From Balanoglossus misakiensis (taxonomy: Eukaryota; Animalia; Hemichordata): DNA of 64,000 nucleotides. The DNA is taken from contig CM082595.2 of assembly GCA_040954595.2 (NCBI GenBank), positions 10,343,918-10,407,917 of the forward strand. Direction: 5' to 3'. The translations under genes and the position numbers were made by a program. The first letter of the stretch is position 1. Each line of letters starts with the position of its first letter. Below are positions 34,485-48,535 of the stretch, piece by piece. Below the pieces are notes generated by a model. It was given only the letters and a program-made list of their open reading frames with translations, searched no databases and was not told the origin of the DNA.

Positions 34485-35154
34485 GGTGTCCTGAGAAGTC
34501 AACCAGTATGAGAAGTCGGTCTCGGCCAGTACGAGAAGTCGGCCTGTGGGAGAGAACCCTGGTACTTTGTGTTATATATAACTGTTTCACTACGAAATGT
34601 TTCCTTGATGTACAGGAGCTGAGATATTTGTACAAATAGCCGATGAATTTTAAAACTGTCTGTTCACTTTTCATGTACGTCACCGGGGTACGTCAACATC
34701 AGTCACCTGCACTTCTTGAGCTGCGCCAGTAGTCTGTTCCTTGTCACGTTTGTTTGTTTGTTTGTTTGTTTGGTGTTGTCTCAGAAAGTATGAATATACA
34801 CATACATCTTCTATGTATTTTAGTAGGCTTTGAAACAACTCCCTTTAATCAGAAATGTCACAGGAATTTGGCGAACAACCTAAGCTCCTTACGCGGATAC
34901 GGGGCTGGGGAACTGGTACGGATGCCAGACGCCATTATTTGAAATGACGCCATTGTGTTGTCAAGAATTTGGGAAATCCGTCCAAATGAAAATATTTAGT
35001 GCAATTATATTTTATTAAGTGTTGTTATAAGTAATCTGGGTCATTACTGCACTATTCGGGTACAAGTTCAACAACTGGCCGACTTCTCATACTGGCCGAC
35101 TTCTCATGCGCGCGAACTGGCCGACTTCTAATCTGGCCGACTTCTCATGTATTC
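34485..35154. mobile_element. MITE with 8-bp TSD, copy 3
   Basis: Same as 716-1381, with one extra GTTT unit. Confidence 0.8.
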
Positions 35155-36197
35155 CTATACATTAGTGAAAATTGGGCAAACTGGTGTTTTCAGACAACTT
35201 ATGAAGTCCTTGTCTCAATGGAGGTACCTGCCAACAACAGGTAAATTCTTGTACTGCCACAATTTGCATGTGCACAGAGTGTTACTAGGGAACCAGTTGT
35301 GAGACAAGTAAGTTTGAATTTGTAGCAGTTAATAATGATAATTATCATTTTTTTATTATGATTTAAACTTCACTGATGTTGTACAAACACAAAAATAGAA
35401 AGGGATAGCAGCTTAGCTCTATTCCGTTTCGAAAGTTGTTGTTCTTTTAAACTACCTGTGCATTTTTTTTATTTATTCTGATTATGCTAATATGCTAATT
35501 TGTCGGTTTGTCACATCACAATTTTTGAAGGAAACTCACCCCTGATGATCATGGAAAATTTGACCCTTTTCCTTGCAGGACTCAACCAGTGTCAACCAAA
35601 TCCGTGCCAGAATGGTGGCTTCTGTCAACCGGCTCGAAATTCCTGCTTTGATCTCACCTGCATATGTACTGGTTGCTACAAAGGTGATAGGTGTGAGATA
35701 TGTAAGTATACAGCGCAGTCTCATTCAAATACTGCATGTTTCCTGAGCATAGGTGTAGCCATCACCACAGCAGAGCTTGGAGAGTTCTTGACATCGAATG
35801 CAAGATTACACTCTTTCCAATCAAAATCACTTTCGTGGCGCATAATGTCTTGATTGTCTTGGTTCAAGAAACATTATGCGCGACTGGCCAATTTTACTGC
35901 CTTTTGTCAACACACATCCACTATGGAAATTCTCACTCCAGGCCAGATAGTGTAAATTTACATATGAGTCTACAGGTGTGCTTGAAGTCAAGTCAAGCAT
36001 TTGCAAGGAACCCTCCTCCAGTACACAGGTCTTTGATTTCATGAAAGGAAGCCCTTGCCTCACAGTCACTGCCATGTGATCTATGGAGGTGTGAACAACT
36101 TGATACCAGCCTAATATAAGTTGTAGGCACAGCAAACATCGTGCAATTTCTATTCATGCCAGTGTGTGAACTCTTACACAGGTGACATCTGTCAAAC

Positions 36198-37083
36198 CAT
36201 AGACCCTAGAGAAAGAAGGGCGAGCAACTGCGGCAAAGATCAAAGGGTTTGGGGATTATCTGTATGATGATGTTTTTGTTGTATATAATTAACACCCAGG
36301 ACAGTCGGACAATGACTTCCTTACTTCGGCACGTGTCGACCCCACCAGTGATACGAAAACTTGCCACCAAACTGGCACTACTGCATTTCAGCAGCCACTG
36401 CGTTTTTTTCTAAAATTCTAAAAGTATTACGATGTCTGTGCTAATTATTATGGTTTGGTGTTCGTCTGTCGGTTGAACGGTCATTTCTAGTGCCACAAGC
36501 TTCATTTAAAAATTGTAAACAAATCATCCATGTTTTTTGCATGTCCGACTGGGCACTCATATTTCTTAGTAACGCTGACACTTTTCGTAATAATGTTATG
36601 TTTGCGTGAAGCATTGAAATAAAAATTGTGGTTTAGGGGCATTTTATTTCGCAGTGCGTGAACAATAAAACAGATTTCACGAAAACAATTTGTAAACAAA
36701 CTGGGTGGATTATCATGTGTGCGCTATGGCCGCCAGGCAACCCTCGGTACGGTTAGCTCACAGCCTTGTGAAATACCCGGACTGTTAGACAAAAGATGCT
36801 TGTTTTGGACGCTGTCAGACTCATATTCAAATTCCTGTTTAACTTGTCCAGATGTGTTCCATAAATAATCGCTGCGTTCAACCACGTTGCAGTTTTCTCG
36901 TCTTCTGCGAGATGTTCTGAGGTGTTGTGATAACTTCACACAAAACACGAGACTTTGCGTTAGTTTATACACAGTTTATTTGCAAATTGGATTATTGGGA
37001 TTTATCTGGAAATAATGTATGCAAAAGAACATCATTTCAAGAAAAAACTGGAGTTGCGCGTCCTTCTTTCTCTAGGGTCCATG
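36198..37083. mobile_element. P-like MITE, copy 3
   Basis: Same TIR and TSD as 2576-3460. Confidence 0.85.
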
Positions 37084-40000
37084 GTCAAACAAGTGAGTAT
37101 ATACTTTCAAGACACCCTGCAAACAAACAAGCCATCTTCATTCCGTAGATCTTTTAAGCTTATTTATACATTGTAAATTTTGATGTGAAACTTTATTGGT
37201 CTTGTTGCCAAACTTCTGAAGAAATGAGGATATTGTTTTGAAAGGTATTTTATCAGTAGGTAACAAATACCATGGCCCTCCATGCAAATACCCACATGGT
37301 AAATTAAAACTGTTACAGATGTATTTGATTTCCACATATTGATTACATGTGGGATAATATTGGGTGCTGGCAGTTTCAGTAAATGAACTGCTCTTAAAAG
37401 TTGGGCGTCAGGGCACCCTTGATTTTGCCTGTTCCAAGCTAGAATAGTCTGTCCATATGAATATTTGTTCAGCAAGTTACAAGCAATCTTTTAAGTTTGG
37501 AATGAAAAAATAGTGAAATGACTTGTGATGTTAATGTGCAATTGTTGGTTGATTTACATGCAACCCCCAGGACTCGATCAATGTTCTCCCAATCCGTGCA
37601 TGAACAACGGTATCTGTGAGCCAATCAGTGGATCGTGCAGTGCGTTTACCTGTCGCTGTCAAGGCTGTATCATTGGAATCACCTGTGACCAAGGTAAATT
37701 TATCAGACGAGGAACTGTTTTTCCCCCCTCATACCGGTATATTTGTCATAGCTGGCAGCTATGAAATTACCTGTATATTTAGGATGTGACAAACCAAATA
37801 GGCACTTTCAGGAATTGAGTCTTTTTTGCAATTACTAAGTCCTAAACTCCCAAAAGTATAATAAGTAATTCTTATTGTTCAGTTATACATTAAGGAGGCT
37901 TAGTTATAGGAGAACCCGATAGAACCACAGCTGTAGGAATTAAGGAAATGGTCATACCCTAAAAACTTATGTCACTACTATTTATTTATTTTCATTCCAT
38001 TGAAACAGAACAAACTCCATGTAGGCCAAGTCCATGCCTGAACAATGGGCAGTGTACTCGGCTGTCGTGTACAACTTATGAGTGTACTTGTCCAGGATGT
38101 TTCACCGGCACACACTGCAGCCAGTGTAAAACTCATTAAAACAAACATTTTGTCATGCAGGAACTAACATTTACAATCATGTCTCAATACATTGTCTGTT
38201 GGTCATACTTTATATTTTCATCTTCAGCATCACACCTTGGGCCTTGGGAATCGTTCACCTCAAAAATGATGTACAACTGAAAGAAAACATGTTTATTTGA
38301 AGAAAAAAATGTTGATCGTTCATGAAAATTTTCCCTACACAAGATACATATACAGAGATTTTCATAGCCCCACAAGTGCGTCCCAGAATGAGCAAGTTGT
38401 TTTTGGAAGTGAAGTTCCGTTCAGTATTTACAGTAATGGTAATGATGATGTTTTTATCAAACAGATTTTGAAAGTAAATATTGCTGAGATAACATTAGGT
38501 TGCACTTTTTATTGCAGTCCAAGATCCATGCCAGCGAAACAGCTGTCTCAACGGGGCTGTATGTAATGCAGTGGCCAACTCCTGCACGGCATATACCTGT
38601 GCCTGTACTGGTTGCTATGAGGGTAACCGTTGTGAAATATGTAAGTTTCTGACGTACCGTAAATGACAATCTTTTGGGCACTTTCTCTTCATGGCAATTG
38701 AATTGTGTGGTAACTTCTCATTTCTAAAATTTCCACAAGAGAAAAGAAAACAGAAATTTCATTTGTATGTCCGTGCAATTTAGGATAGGCACGAACTTGT
38801 GAGGAAGTGTACGAAGCTGGATGTTTTCATCACTCAAATATACAAGAGTTGCCTCTTGAAGACTAGTGTCTGTAGAGATAATTGTGCATATGAGGTAATC
38901 TCTCCTAAGGTGGTGCACACATCTGAGTATTAAGTAAAAGAGACGTCCTTAATTATCCTTACTATTTGGCTTGAAAAATCAATCTTACTAGGTGTTCTGA
39001 TTAGAGAGGTGTCCATAAAGACAGGTTTTACTGTATTACCCAAAATAGAGACATTGTCCCTTCATCATATACTTAATGCGTGTTCTGGGTATGGTTCCAG
39101 TATAATGCTTGTGTCAAAGGATTTTGTTGTGGTGCAGGAATCATCTTTGGTTGAGGTGTAGCCATCTGCATTTCATGTTTTTTAAACTATTTTTTTTCTG
39201 ATAGTCATTAACCCATGTGATCAGAATCCGTGTCAAAATGGAGGCTATTGTTCCCAAACACCAAATTCTTATACTGACTACACCTGTTACTGCCAGTAGT
39301 GTTGGACTGGGGCCATCTGTGCCGTAGGTGTGTCGAATTACTGTTTTATGACACAGCGTGGTATATAAACCCTCATTTTTGGTATTCTCAATGTGATAGA
39401 TGGACCCATACACCAATAAATGGGGTGGAAGCATTACTAAGTTTCATCCTTTCAAAATTTGCTGATGTAGGGTCAAAATTGAGTGTGAGGTGCACGTTAA
39501 AAAGGAAAGCCTTCTGTATCATGTTGACGGCACATTTTTTAATTTTTCAAGATTCTTACAGAAAAATCCTAGCAATAGCATCATTATGTTATTTTAAATG
39601 TACAGGTTTGAAACAAGGAATGAAGACATTGCTCACATATTTAAACGAAATGAACATCACAAGTACATGTACAAGTTTTTGACAAGCAGGTAATTGATAC
39701 TTTCATTTTTGTTTTGGCAGCCATTGATCAGTTATACTCTATGCCTTGTCAAAATGGTGGCACATGCGTTGCGCGAGACGGCTGTTTCCTGTTTGACTGT
39801 ATGTGTACCGAATGCTTCACTGGTGCCACATGTACAATGCGTAAGTACAAACCAATATTATTTTATTCAATGCAAAACACTTGTTATGTATTATATAATA
39901 TAAGTACGGTACACATATTAAAGCCCTGGTAACTCAAACTTTGGGCTAGCTTAATGTTATCACTATTTTTGTTTTCGGTTGCAACTGTGGTTTCTTGTCA

Positions 40001-41342
40001 CACTCTAAAGGATTTCACAGCATTTGGTTTTTCAAAACAGCCCTTTGGTTGTTGTCATGTATACATGTACATGACTGTGGAGTGTAGTTTGTAGATTCTG
40101 TAATTTTGACAATATCTTGACTGCACATCCCACAGCTGTCAACCAGTGTCAACCCATCCAGTGTCAGAATGGTGGAAACTGTGTGCTGACGCCCAATTGG
40201 TGTACTGAATTCACATGCTCCTGTACAAGCTGTTACTCCGGCGATTTATGTCAGACATGTGAGTGATTTTAAATTTCAGATGAAGAGGAACATAATAACA
40301 TAACACATAATCGGCTTGCAGTTGGTTTCTTCCAACCTGTATCAAACAGTGAATAACGACACAATTTTGGGGAAATTTATTAAGAATGTGTGTGCCATAA
40401 AAGGGGATTGTGTATTTGACCAAACAACAACCTGCACCGTATGGTACACTAAGACACTATTACACCTGTGTCAAAATTTCATTACGTTTCTTTTGTTGAA
40501 CATGGAAGAAATTTGTCACAGTGATGTTCTGTTGACCAACTGAGATTTTTACCACTCAACCCTGACTGCACAAATCTGTTTAAAGTATATGTAGTAAATA
40601 TTAACTGTACACAATTTATATCACTTTCTCTTCTGTGCACAGATTTGAATCCGTGTCAGCCCAACCCTTGTCTAAACAGTGGATTCTGCCAGCAAGTGTC
40701 CTGCACCGAGTTCAGATGCCAGAGTTCGCGCTGTTTCATCGGAACCACGTGCGCTGAACGTAAGCAAACCAGTGTCAGATTTGCCGCACAAAGTAGAAAT
40801 CGCTGGGCTTTGTCATTGATATTGTCTCAATAAAGTTGCCTGTGATTGTGCAGCTAACCAAGAGACTTATATGCACTACCGTAGCCATGATGTATACTTT
40901 CATTGACTCAAATGCTCATCAGAGTAGATGTTGCTATTTTTCCAACCGTAAATTGAAACATCAGAAAGTTATGACATCAACTACCCCCACCCCCACCCCA
41001 CCCCACCCCCAACTAGTAAATATTATAAGATGCTGTAATTATGATAAAGATGGTAGCACCAAGCTTGGATCAAGTGGTCTTCATTATCCTTCACACATGA
41101 ACATGATCACACGGATGTGCAATCTTCTGACAGTCTGCTACAGATTTCACTTCCCACTCAAGTGTGTAAGACCCTAATGTGATACTTTTCATTTCTCTCA
41201 CCCTTAGCGATCAACCAGTGTCTTCTAAACCCATGTCTGAATAACGGAGTGTATCAGCCACTTCAAGGCTCCTGCTCAATCTACACCTGCAACTGTCCAA
41301 CCTGCTACACTGGGCAAACATGTGTTACATGTAAGTCACAAG

Positions 41343-42360
41343 TTTTTAGGTCCCATTGGTATGTACCATGGGACCTTATGGGATTGGTTACGTCTGTATG
41401 TATGGATGGATGGATGGATGGATGTATGTCTGTATGTCCGTCCACATCGAAAACTTGAAAACCGCAGCGCGTATGACCTCGATATTTGGCGTGTAGATGC
41501 AGGCAGGGCTGTAGATGGGAGTTTGTTCAAATGAAGATGTCATTGCCAAAAATATGCAAATTAGCTGGGAAAATGTGAAATTGGTCAAAACTCAAAAACT
41601 GGACAACCACTGGTCATATTGATTTGAAAATTGGTATGCATGTAGCTTATATCAACCTCATACAATCCTGTATGTTTTGAGCTAATATTATCGATTTCCT
41701 ATTTTTTTTGCATTTTTTTGTATTTTTCCATGTTATTGGTAAAAAGTCTTTGAAATTTAGTATGAAGCCTCCTAATGTTGTCTAAGTAACCATAGTTTTG
41801 TTCAAATTGTTGCAAAATTTGCATATCTATAATTTTGAGCAATATTTGCCATTTTTGGTCAAAAAATGTTTTTCTTTAAAACCTCATGCCAGATTGCTTT
41901 CCAATTTGGTAGGCATGTTCGTAGGGGTAACCTAAATAATATGTTGTAAAAAAAAGATATTTGCATAAATGTGTTATCAGGGAAACTTTTGCAATTTTTG
42001 TCAAAAATTGTTTTCTCTGAAACCGCTTGTCCTATTGCATTGAACTTAGGCAGCATGTTCCTTGTAGTGATTGAAGTAAGATATTGTACAATTTTGGTGA
42101 TATTTGCATATTTGTGTTTTTGCCACTTTTGAACAAATATTTTCTGTGAAACTGCTTGTTGGATTGCTTTGAAATTAGTTTTTTCTCTGATTGCTTTGAA
42201 ATTTAGGATATAATTTCATAACACATACCTGTATATGTGCAACTTTTATTCAGTTCTGAGATCAGAAAGATTAAATATTTAGCGAGTTTTTTTGGTAAGT
42301 TTCTTAGTTTTTGGTTAGCAAATCTTCTCCTAAACAAATTGTCCAGTTGTTTTTAAAGTT
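41343..42360 (+). mobile_element. Truncated HINE-like element, copy 3 (right boundary approximate)
   Basis: Same as 7720-8740. Confidence 0.62.
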
Positions 42361-43864
42361 ACTATTTACAAGGAGTTGTTACCTCGAACAAAGACATGTT
42401 TACATAACTTAAATAGGCCAGCTGTTACAGAGACCACCAGCTATCAAATTTTAATTACCAGTGGCAGGTCAGTGTGTGTCTGTTCCAGGGCTGACTGAAA
42501 GAAGTTGCTTCGCATATGTGTTTGTACAGACAATTTTTGGTCATTTTTTTTCTAGCACCACTTGTAAGACTGCCATGACACATGACAGTTTATTGGGCAT
42601 GTTCCTTGTTAATGTTTTTACATTCCATATTTCTATATGGTCAGATCATATCTGCTTGCAAATGTCACCTGTAATTTTTATTCTGGTGTGTCACTGTTTC
42701 CGCATAATCCTCAAATGTCATCAGATCTCCGAATGTGATGAAAACAGTGTGTTTTGAGTGTTTTTTAAATGACCTTTTGGGTTAAAAGTGGCAAAAATGG
42801 CAATTTTGTCTTGAAAGGGGTCAATAAGACTGACTTTTTTGGAATCAGCACCATTTTTTACATTGAATGGACTAGTCTGCTCAAACTTTCCTTACCAACA
42901 ATTCTGTTTAATCTTCTGTAACATGTATACTAGTATACATGTAGCTGCCTGATAGTTTGCCCTGTGTGTGTAATTGCTGAGTGACATAACGCATTCTGTG
43001 ATTGGTGCAGTCACGTAACCACCAATAAGATCGCTTGTTATAAGGAGAACTGCACGATCTTTAACCGCATTAGCATACCTGATTTTTAGGGCTCGATATT
43101 ACCTCTGAGGACGCAATATTTAAGTTGAAGTTTTTTTCTTTTATCATATTAGAGCAAGAAGACTTGTTTTTATGTAAAAGAAATAGACCCTAATATACAG
43201 AGTGCATTTTGAAACGATAGGCAGGTCCGGCCCATAGCCTAATTCTTCATTTTTCTGTCATGCGTAGGAATTGATCAGTGCTAACAACCCATGTCAAAAT
43301 GGCAGCACTTGCCAACCCTAACCTCGCGTGTGGCATTGACGTGCACCTGCCAAGGATGCTATACTGGGAGCGCTGTGAAAATTGTCAGTCAGTTTCTTTT
43401 GTCAAATTAATCAATATATGTGGGACTGCTATACATGTATATAAAACAGAATACTGCGATGGAAAATTCTATAACTTAATGTTTCACTGGATATATGACT
43501 TAAAGTTAGCAGGATGCAGTGAATTCAACAGAAAGTGTAATTTCCTCTTGTGTGAGCTCTGTGCAACTGTGCCAATGAAAATCTCACCACAAACAAAAAT
43601 GACGGGTATACACTGTATATTAGCAGCTTTGTCTCTGCAATAGCCATAGTGTTTTGAAGTTGAAAACTTGCAAAGTGTGCAGTTTTATTCACACTACAAA
43701 GGAAACATTGTTGAAACGGATTATCTGTGTACATTGTCAAACTGTACACTTGTCGTGAGATTTATTCTCAATTATATTATATCATGCTACCGTCCGCAAT
43801 TCTGATTGGACGAGAGCTAAATCCAGCGATGCTAAAATACTCAATAATGCACTGCTGGCAGTGG

Positions 43865-45070
43865 TAAAACGGGCTTTCTGTTTGCCACATGGGTTTGTTC
43901 TTTAGGTTGTTGTATGTGTTTACACTCATCATGTTTATTGTAGAACCAGGGTCGATCAGTGAGGCAACTGCTGTTTGTTCTATCTGCACTGTTACTCGAG
44001 GCCTCCTACCATTTGATTGTTGTAGAGTGAAGCAGTATTCATCTCCCGAGCTGTCTTCCACTTTATGCACAGCTTTGACAGTTTCATCCTTGTCTACCCT
44101 ATTTGCCTTGCGTTTTGATCGGTAGCATTTGGCAAAATGGTTAGGTTTGCCACACTTCCTGCATGACTTGCCTTTAGCTGGACATACTGAGTCATGTGGA
44201 TAGGTGCCACCACAATAATAACAAGTGGACGGTCCTTTCGCTGGCTGCTGATGAGCTCTCTTTTGTTTATTGGGTTTCGGGCGTTGATGGCGCTGTTTTC
44301 TGACCGCATTCACAGATGCCGTGTCTGCACCATTATTATGGGGTTTCTCCTCAATCCCACTAGCCTGAACCTCTGATACCTCAAATGAACGGGCTGTACT
44401 CAGTAGATTCTCTAGTGTCGTCTCCTCCCAAAGAGCACGACGTCTGAGATGGGCTGATGTGAATCCTCGTATGATTTGTGATTTGACCTCTTGATCCTTA
44501 TTGGTGAAGTCACATATGTTTCTGCTAGGCGTTGCAAACAAGTGTGATAGGCATCAATCGATTCGCCGTTGTTTTGTATGGTGTCTCTGAAGATGAATCG
44601 TTCGTATTCAATGTTCCGTTTGGGTGAGAAGTACGACGTAAGCTTTAATTTGGCTGTTTCACAGCTCGTTCCTGTATCTGGTAGAGTATCAAAGAAGTCG
44701 GAAACTTCCTCACCTGCCCAGTGCAATAGCAGTGCACGTTGTCGCTTGTCATCTGTAATGTTGAATGCGACAAATGCGTTTTCTACTCTAACCATGTACT
44801 TTTTCCATCTCGTACTGGTGGTTGTCCGGTCTGAATGAACAGGAAAACTCGGCATTGACGGCTAGCTGATTCTCCATGTTCTCCGTCCTCGTCGCCAAAT
44901 ATAGAATCGTGGGTGGGCAATAATGACAACATGAGACACCAAGTCCGGCATGTAAGAGTGAGAGTGCCTAGCCTCATTCACGCACTTTATTCATAATGAC
45001 CCGAATGTTGCATTACGTCATTTTACAGAATGTATAAAGTATAGATGCTCGCTAGTGTTTGGACACTACA
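43865..45070 (-). mobile_element. Ty3/Gypsy LTR-PBS-gag-protease fragment, copy 3
   Basis: ORFs 44412-44855 and 43777-44541. Confidence 0.88.
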
Positions 45071-45588
45071 ATATACATGTGACTGCAGTGTCTTTCCAAT
45101 CATGAATTTGCAAGGTGTCCTTCGGAGAAAATCTTCTGATTCTCTTTTCTGATTTGCTTTGCATATTTAACTTAATGATCTCATTTGTTGGAATTCCCTG
45201 TCTCAAATTTTTGATGATCAGTCTCTGCCCCATTGCTCATCGTCCCAACTTTCTGATGATATATGGATGATAGATGGGATCAAATCTTTGGTCGTGTATT
45301 TGCTACAAATGGTAGGTATTGGTTCGTGATTGAGTCTTTGTGTAGTATATTTGGGGTGGCAGTGGTATGAGTTTGGATTTATGCCAATCTTTAAGTTAAG
45401 TGTTATTTGGGTTGCCGTTGAGCATTGATGGCTTGATAAGTGGGGCTAGGGTCAATTTTGATTGGGTTTGGATTGTTTGGGCTATGATAGGTTGGGTGAT
45501 GGCTAGGATTTGTGGTGGGTATATGGTGTGGTGTAAGAGATGGAGGCATTATGGGGTCTGGTGAGGTTTTTGTGAAGGAGGCCATGGT

Positions 45589-47830
45589 GGCTGCAGAATT
45601 CAGGGCATGCTGTAGCGGTTGAATGCATGATGATGGTAAACCACAGAGTATTGCATTGCAGTAGTCCAGTTTTGATGTGATTAGAGCATGAACCAGCATC
45701 TGGCAAACTTCCTTAGTGAGGTAACGGCGAATGTGGCTGATTTGACGCAGATGGAAGAAAATTGACTTGCAAATTGCATTAATATGCTTATTGAAAGTGT
45801 AATTGTCGTCGAATGTCACACCTATATTCCGTGCAGAATTCACAATTTGAACACAACATGATCCAATGCTCATGTGGTTTATGGGACGAGGCGAGCGGTT
45901 GAACTGAGACCTTATCAGGAGTACCTCGGGTTTGCCACCATTGAGTTGAAGTTTATTATGTGTCATCCAGGTTTTTATTTCGTGAACTGCCCTTTCCATC
46001 TTGTCTAATGTACTTATGGTGTCTAACTGGAAGAAATATTGGTATAGTTGGTTGTCATCGGCATATTGGTGAAAATTGATGTTGTGGTGACAAATAGCTG
46101 CAGAACAAAAGTGGGCCAAGCACTGAACCGTGTGGTACTCCATATTGTAGATATTGAGGTTCTGACATTGTGCCATACAAACTGCTGTCTGTTCTTAAGA
46201 TATGATGAGAACCATTGTAGTGCGATGTTGGTGATGCCCAGTTTTGATAACCTTGAGATGATTGTGTCGTGATCTATGGTATCAAACACAGAGGAGAGAT
46301 CGAGGAGAACCATGAGTACACATTTACCGGCATCCAGTGCCATACAAATATTGTTGTTGACTTTAGTAAGTGCTGTTTCGGTACTGTGATCCTTTCGGTA
46401 CGCTGACTGCAGTGGTTCTTGTAGTGAGTTGGTAGTCAAATATGATGTCAGTTGTTGTGCTACAATCTTCCCGATTACTTTTGACAGGAAGGTTAGGTTT
46501 GAAACTGGTCTATAGTTCTTGAAAATGTTTTTGTCGAGCGAAGGTTTCTTGAGTATATTGGTGTGATGACTGCTATTTTAAGTTATTCAGGAACAGTTCC
46601 AGTTTTGAGTGACAAATTGATAATTGTGGCTATGATAGTGAGCAGATTACCAAGACATTGCTTATCAAGTGCTGTAGGGATGAGATCAAGTACACGTGTT
46701 TTAGATGGAGACTGACGGGTTGGTTATAAGCTGATATGGCTGAGGAGAGGTCATTTGGAGGCTAGGACATTTGATGTATTTTGTCGAGATCATGGCTGAA
46801 ACTATCAATTGAAATGGCAGATATGACGATAAGATATTTGACGTCTACTGTGTATTGGTTTCGGAAGAGCAAGTTTTGCATTGACAGGATTGTGATCAGA
46901 GAGTTCCAAGCAGTCTACAGAGACACTCTTGATGTTAGACGCAGAGTTAGATAAGATGAGATCAAGAGTATGACCCTTTCTGTGTGTTGGTTGTTGGACC
47001 CATTGTTTCAGATTACAGGCGCTGATGATTCCATTGAATTTCTGTGTTACTGGATTCTTATCATCTTCTAGGTGAATATTGAAATCTCCTACGATGAAGA
47101 GATTACTTGAGCAGGTGACATACTTCTCAAGTGTTGTACTGAACTCTTCCATGAACTGTGGTGCGGTGAATTTATTATTAACTGATGGTGGTGGACGGTA
47201 GGCAAGAATTATTTTCATGGAAAGTTTCTGGTGAAAAATAGTTGCTTCCGCTGCCTCAAAAGATTTAACAGAGAGAATAGGCTTCCAAGCTGTTTATTTT
47301 AGTGCTAGCTTGTGAATTTAATCTAAGCCTCCACCGATCTTGCCAACCCCAGGTAGATGTTTGACAGCATAGCCTGGTGGTGTACATTCAGCCATTACGT
47401 GTTCGTCACCAGATTCCTTCAACCATGTTTCAGTGAGTACAAGAATATCAATTTCTTTATCTGTGATGTAGTCTGCAATGTCTAATGATTTGCATCTAGC
47501 TGAGCGGACATTCCATGTAGAGAGTAGAAGTTCACACGTATTGTGGAAAGGGTGGATCTTGAATACTGCATAGTCACTCTTCAATAGATATTTAGTGACT
47601 CGCTAACTGTTGCGATTCGTGTGTGTGTAATTTACGTACTTCAAGTTAAATATCGCAACTAGCCGTAATGTTTGACTAGGGGGAGCACCTATACTAATGC
47701 GAGTACCAGGGATTGAAAGTTGCACCTGTATTTTGATCCCTTAGTTACCCTTATAAGTACATTTGTAGTTTAATAACCATAGTTCTATTGCAAACCATTC
47801 TTTCCGTAGTTTCTTGTTTCAAATATTGTA
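45589..47830 (-). mobile_element. L2/CR1-group LINE ORF2 remnant, copy 3
   Basis: ORFs 45403-46176, 46023-46439, 46805-47218, 47318-47584; private ~23-bp deletion near 46095. Confidence 0.92.
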
Positions 47831-48059
47831 ATCTGAATTTATTTTGATGTTTAACAGGTGTGATTATCTGTATTTGCGGCCATTTTGAAAAAAAATTGGT
47901 TGCCATGGAAACTCTTCAACAGATATTTAGTGACTTGCTATCTGAATTTGTTCAGTACACATTAACACACATCTGAGCCAAGTTTGGTGCTTTTATCACA
48001 AAATACACAATCGATATGAAAATTTGGGTTTTGGTGCTCCACTACCTAAGTAACATTAA

Positions 48060-48469
48060 GGATGTACGTTCAATAAAATGGAAAGTATTGTCATTTTTTT
48101 TAATTGTGGATTTTTTTATTCTCTTTTGTATGTATAATGAAAATCCGTAATAAAATATAGGGGTCACCGCGCTTGTTTTTGAAATACAGAGCCATGAAAT
48201 TGGTCGATAATAGAAGAAATCTACTGATTTTTCACCAATGGTTTGTTTGTCTATGGCCAAAATTCTTAATGCAATTTATCTCAAAAAAGAGCGCGGTGAC
48301 CCCTATATTTTATTTGACCAATGAATTTATATTTGCTGGACTGAGCTATGTGTAAAATTTCGAGAAAATGACAATAGTAGAAGTTTGTTTTCTGGCGATT
48401 ATCAATGTAATCCTATGGGAAAAAGACCGGACACGCAGTGTTTCCGGTTTATGTTCTGCACGTACATCC
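48060..48469. mobile_element. Kolobok-like MITE, copy 3
   Basis: Same as 13053-13469. Confidence 0.78.
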
Positions 48470-48535
48470 TTGATGAAGTTTGCTGGCTAGAGGGCTCCTA
48501 AACCTCCTTAATATTTGACGTCTTCACTCCTACAG

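Larger units (their letters stand above)
35194..43383 (+). pseudogene. EGF-like exon array, copy 3 (exon 3 acceptor and 5' part deleted)
   Basis: Colinear with copy 1; 151-bp deletion at 36131/36132. Confidence 0.9.
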
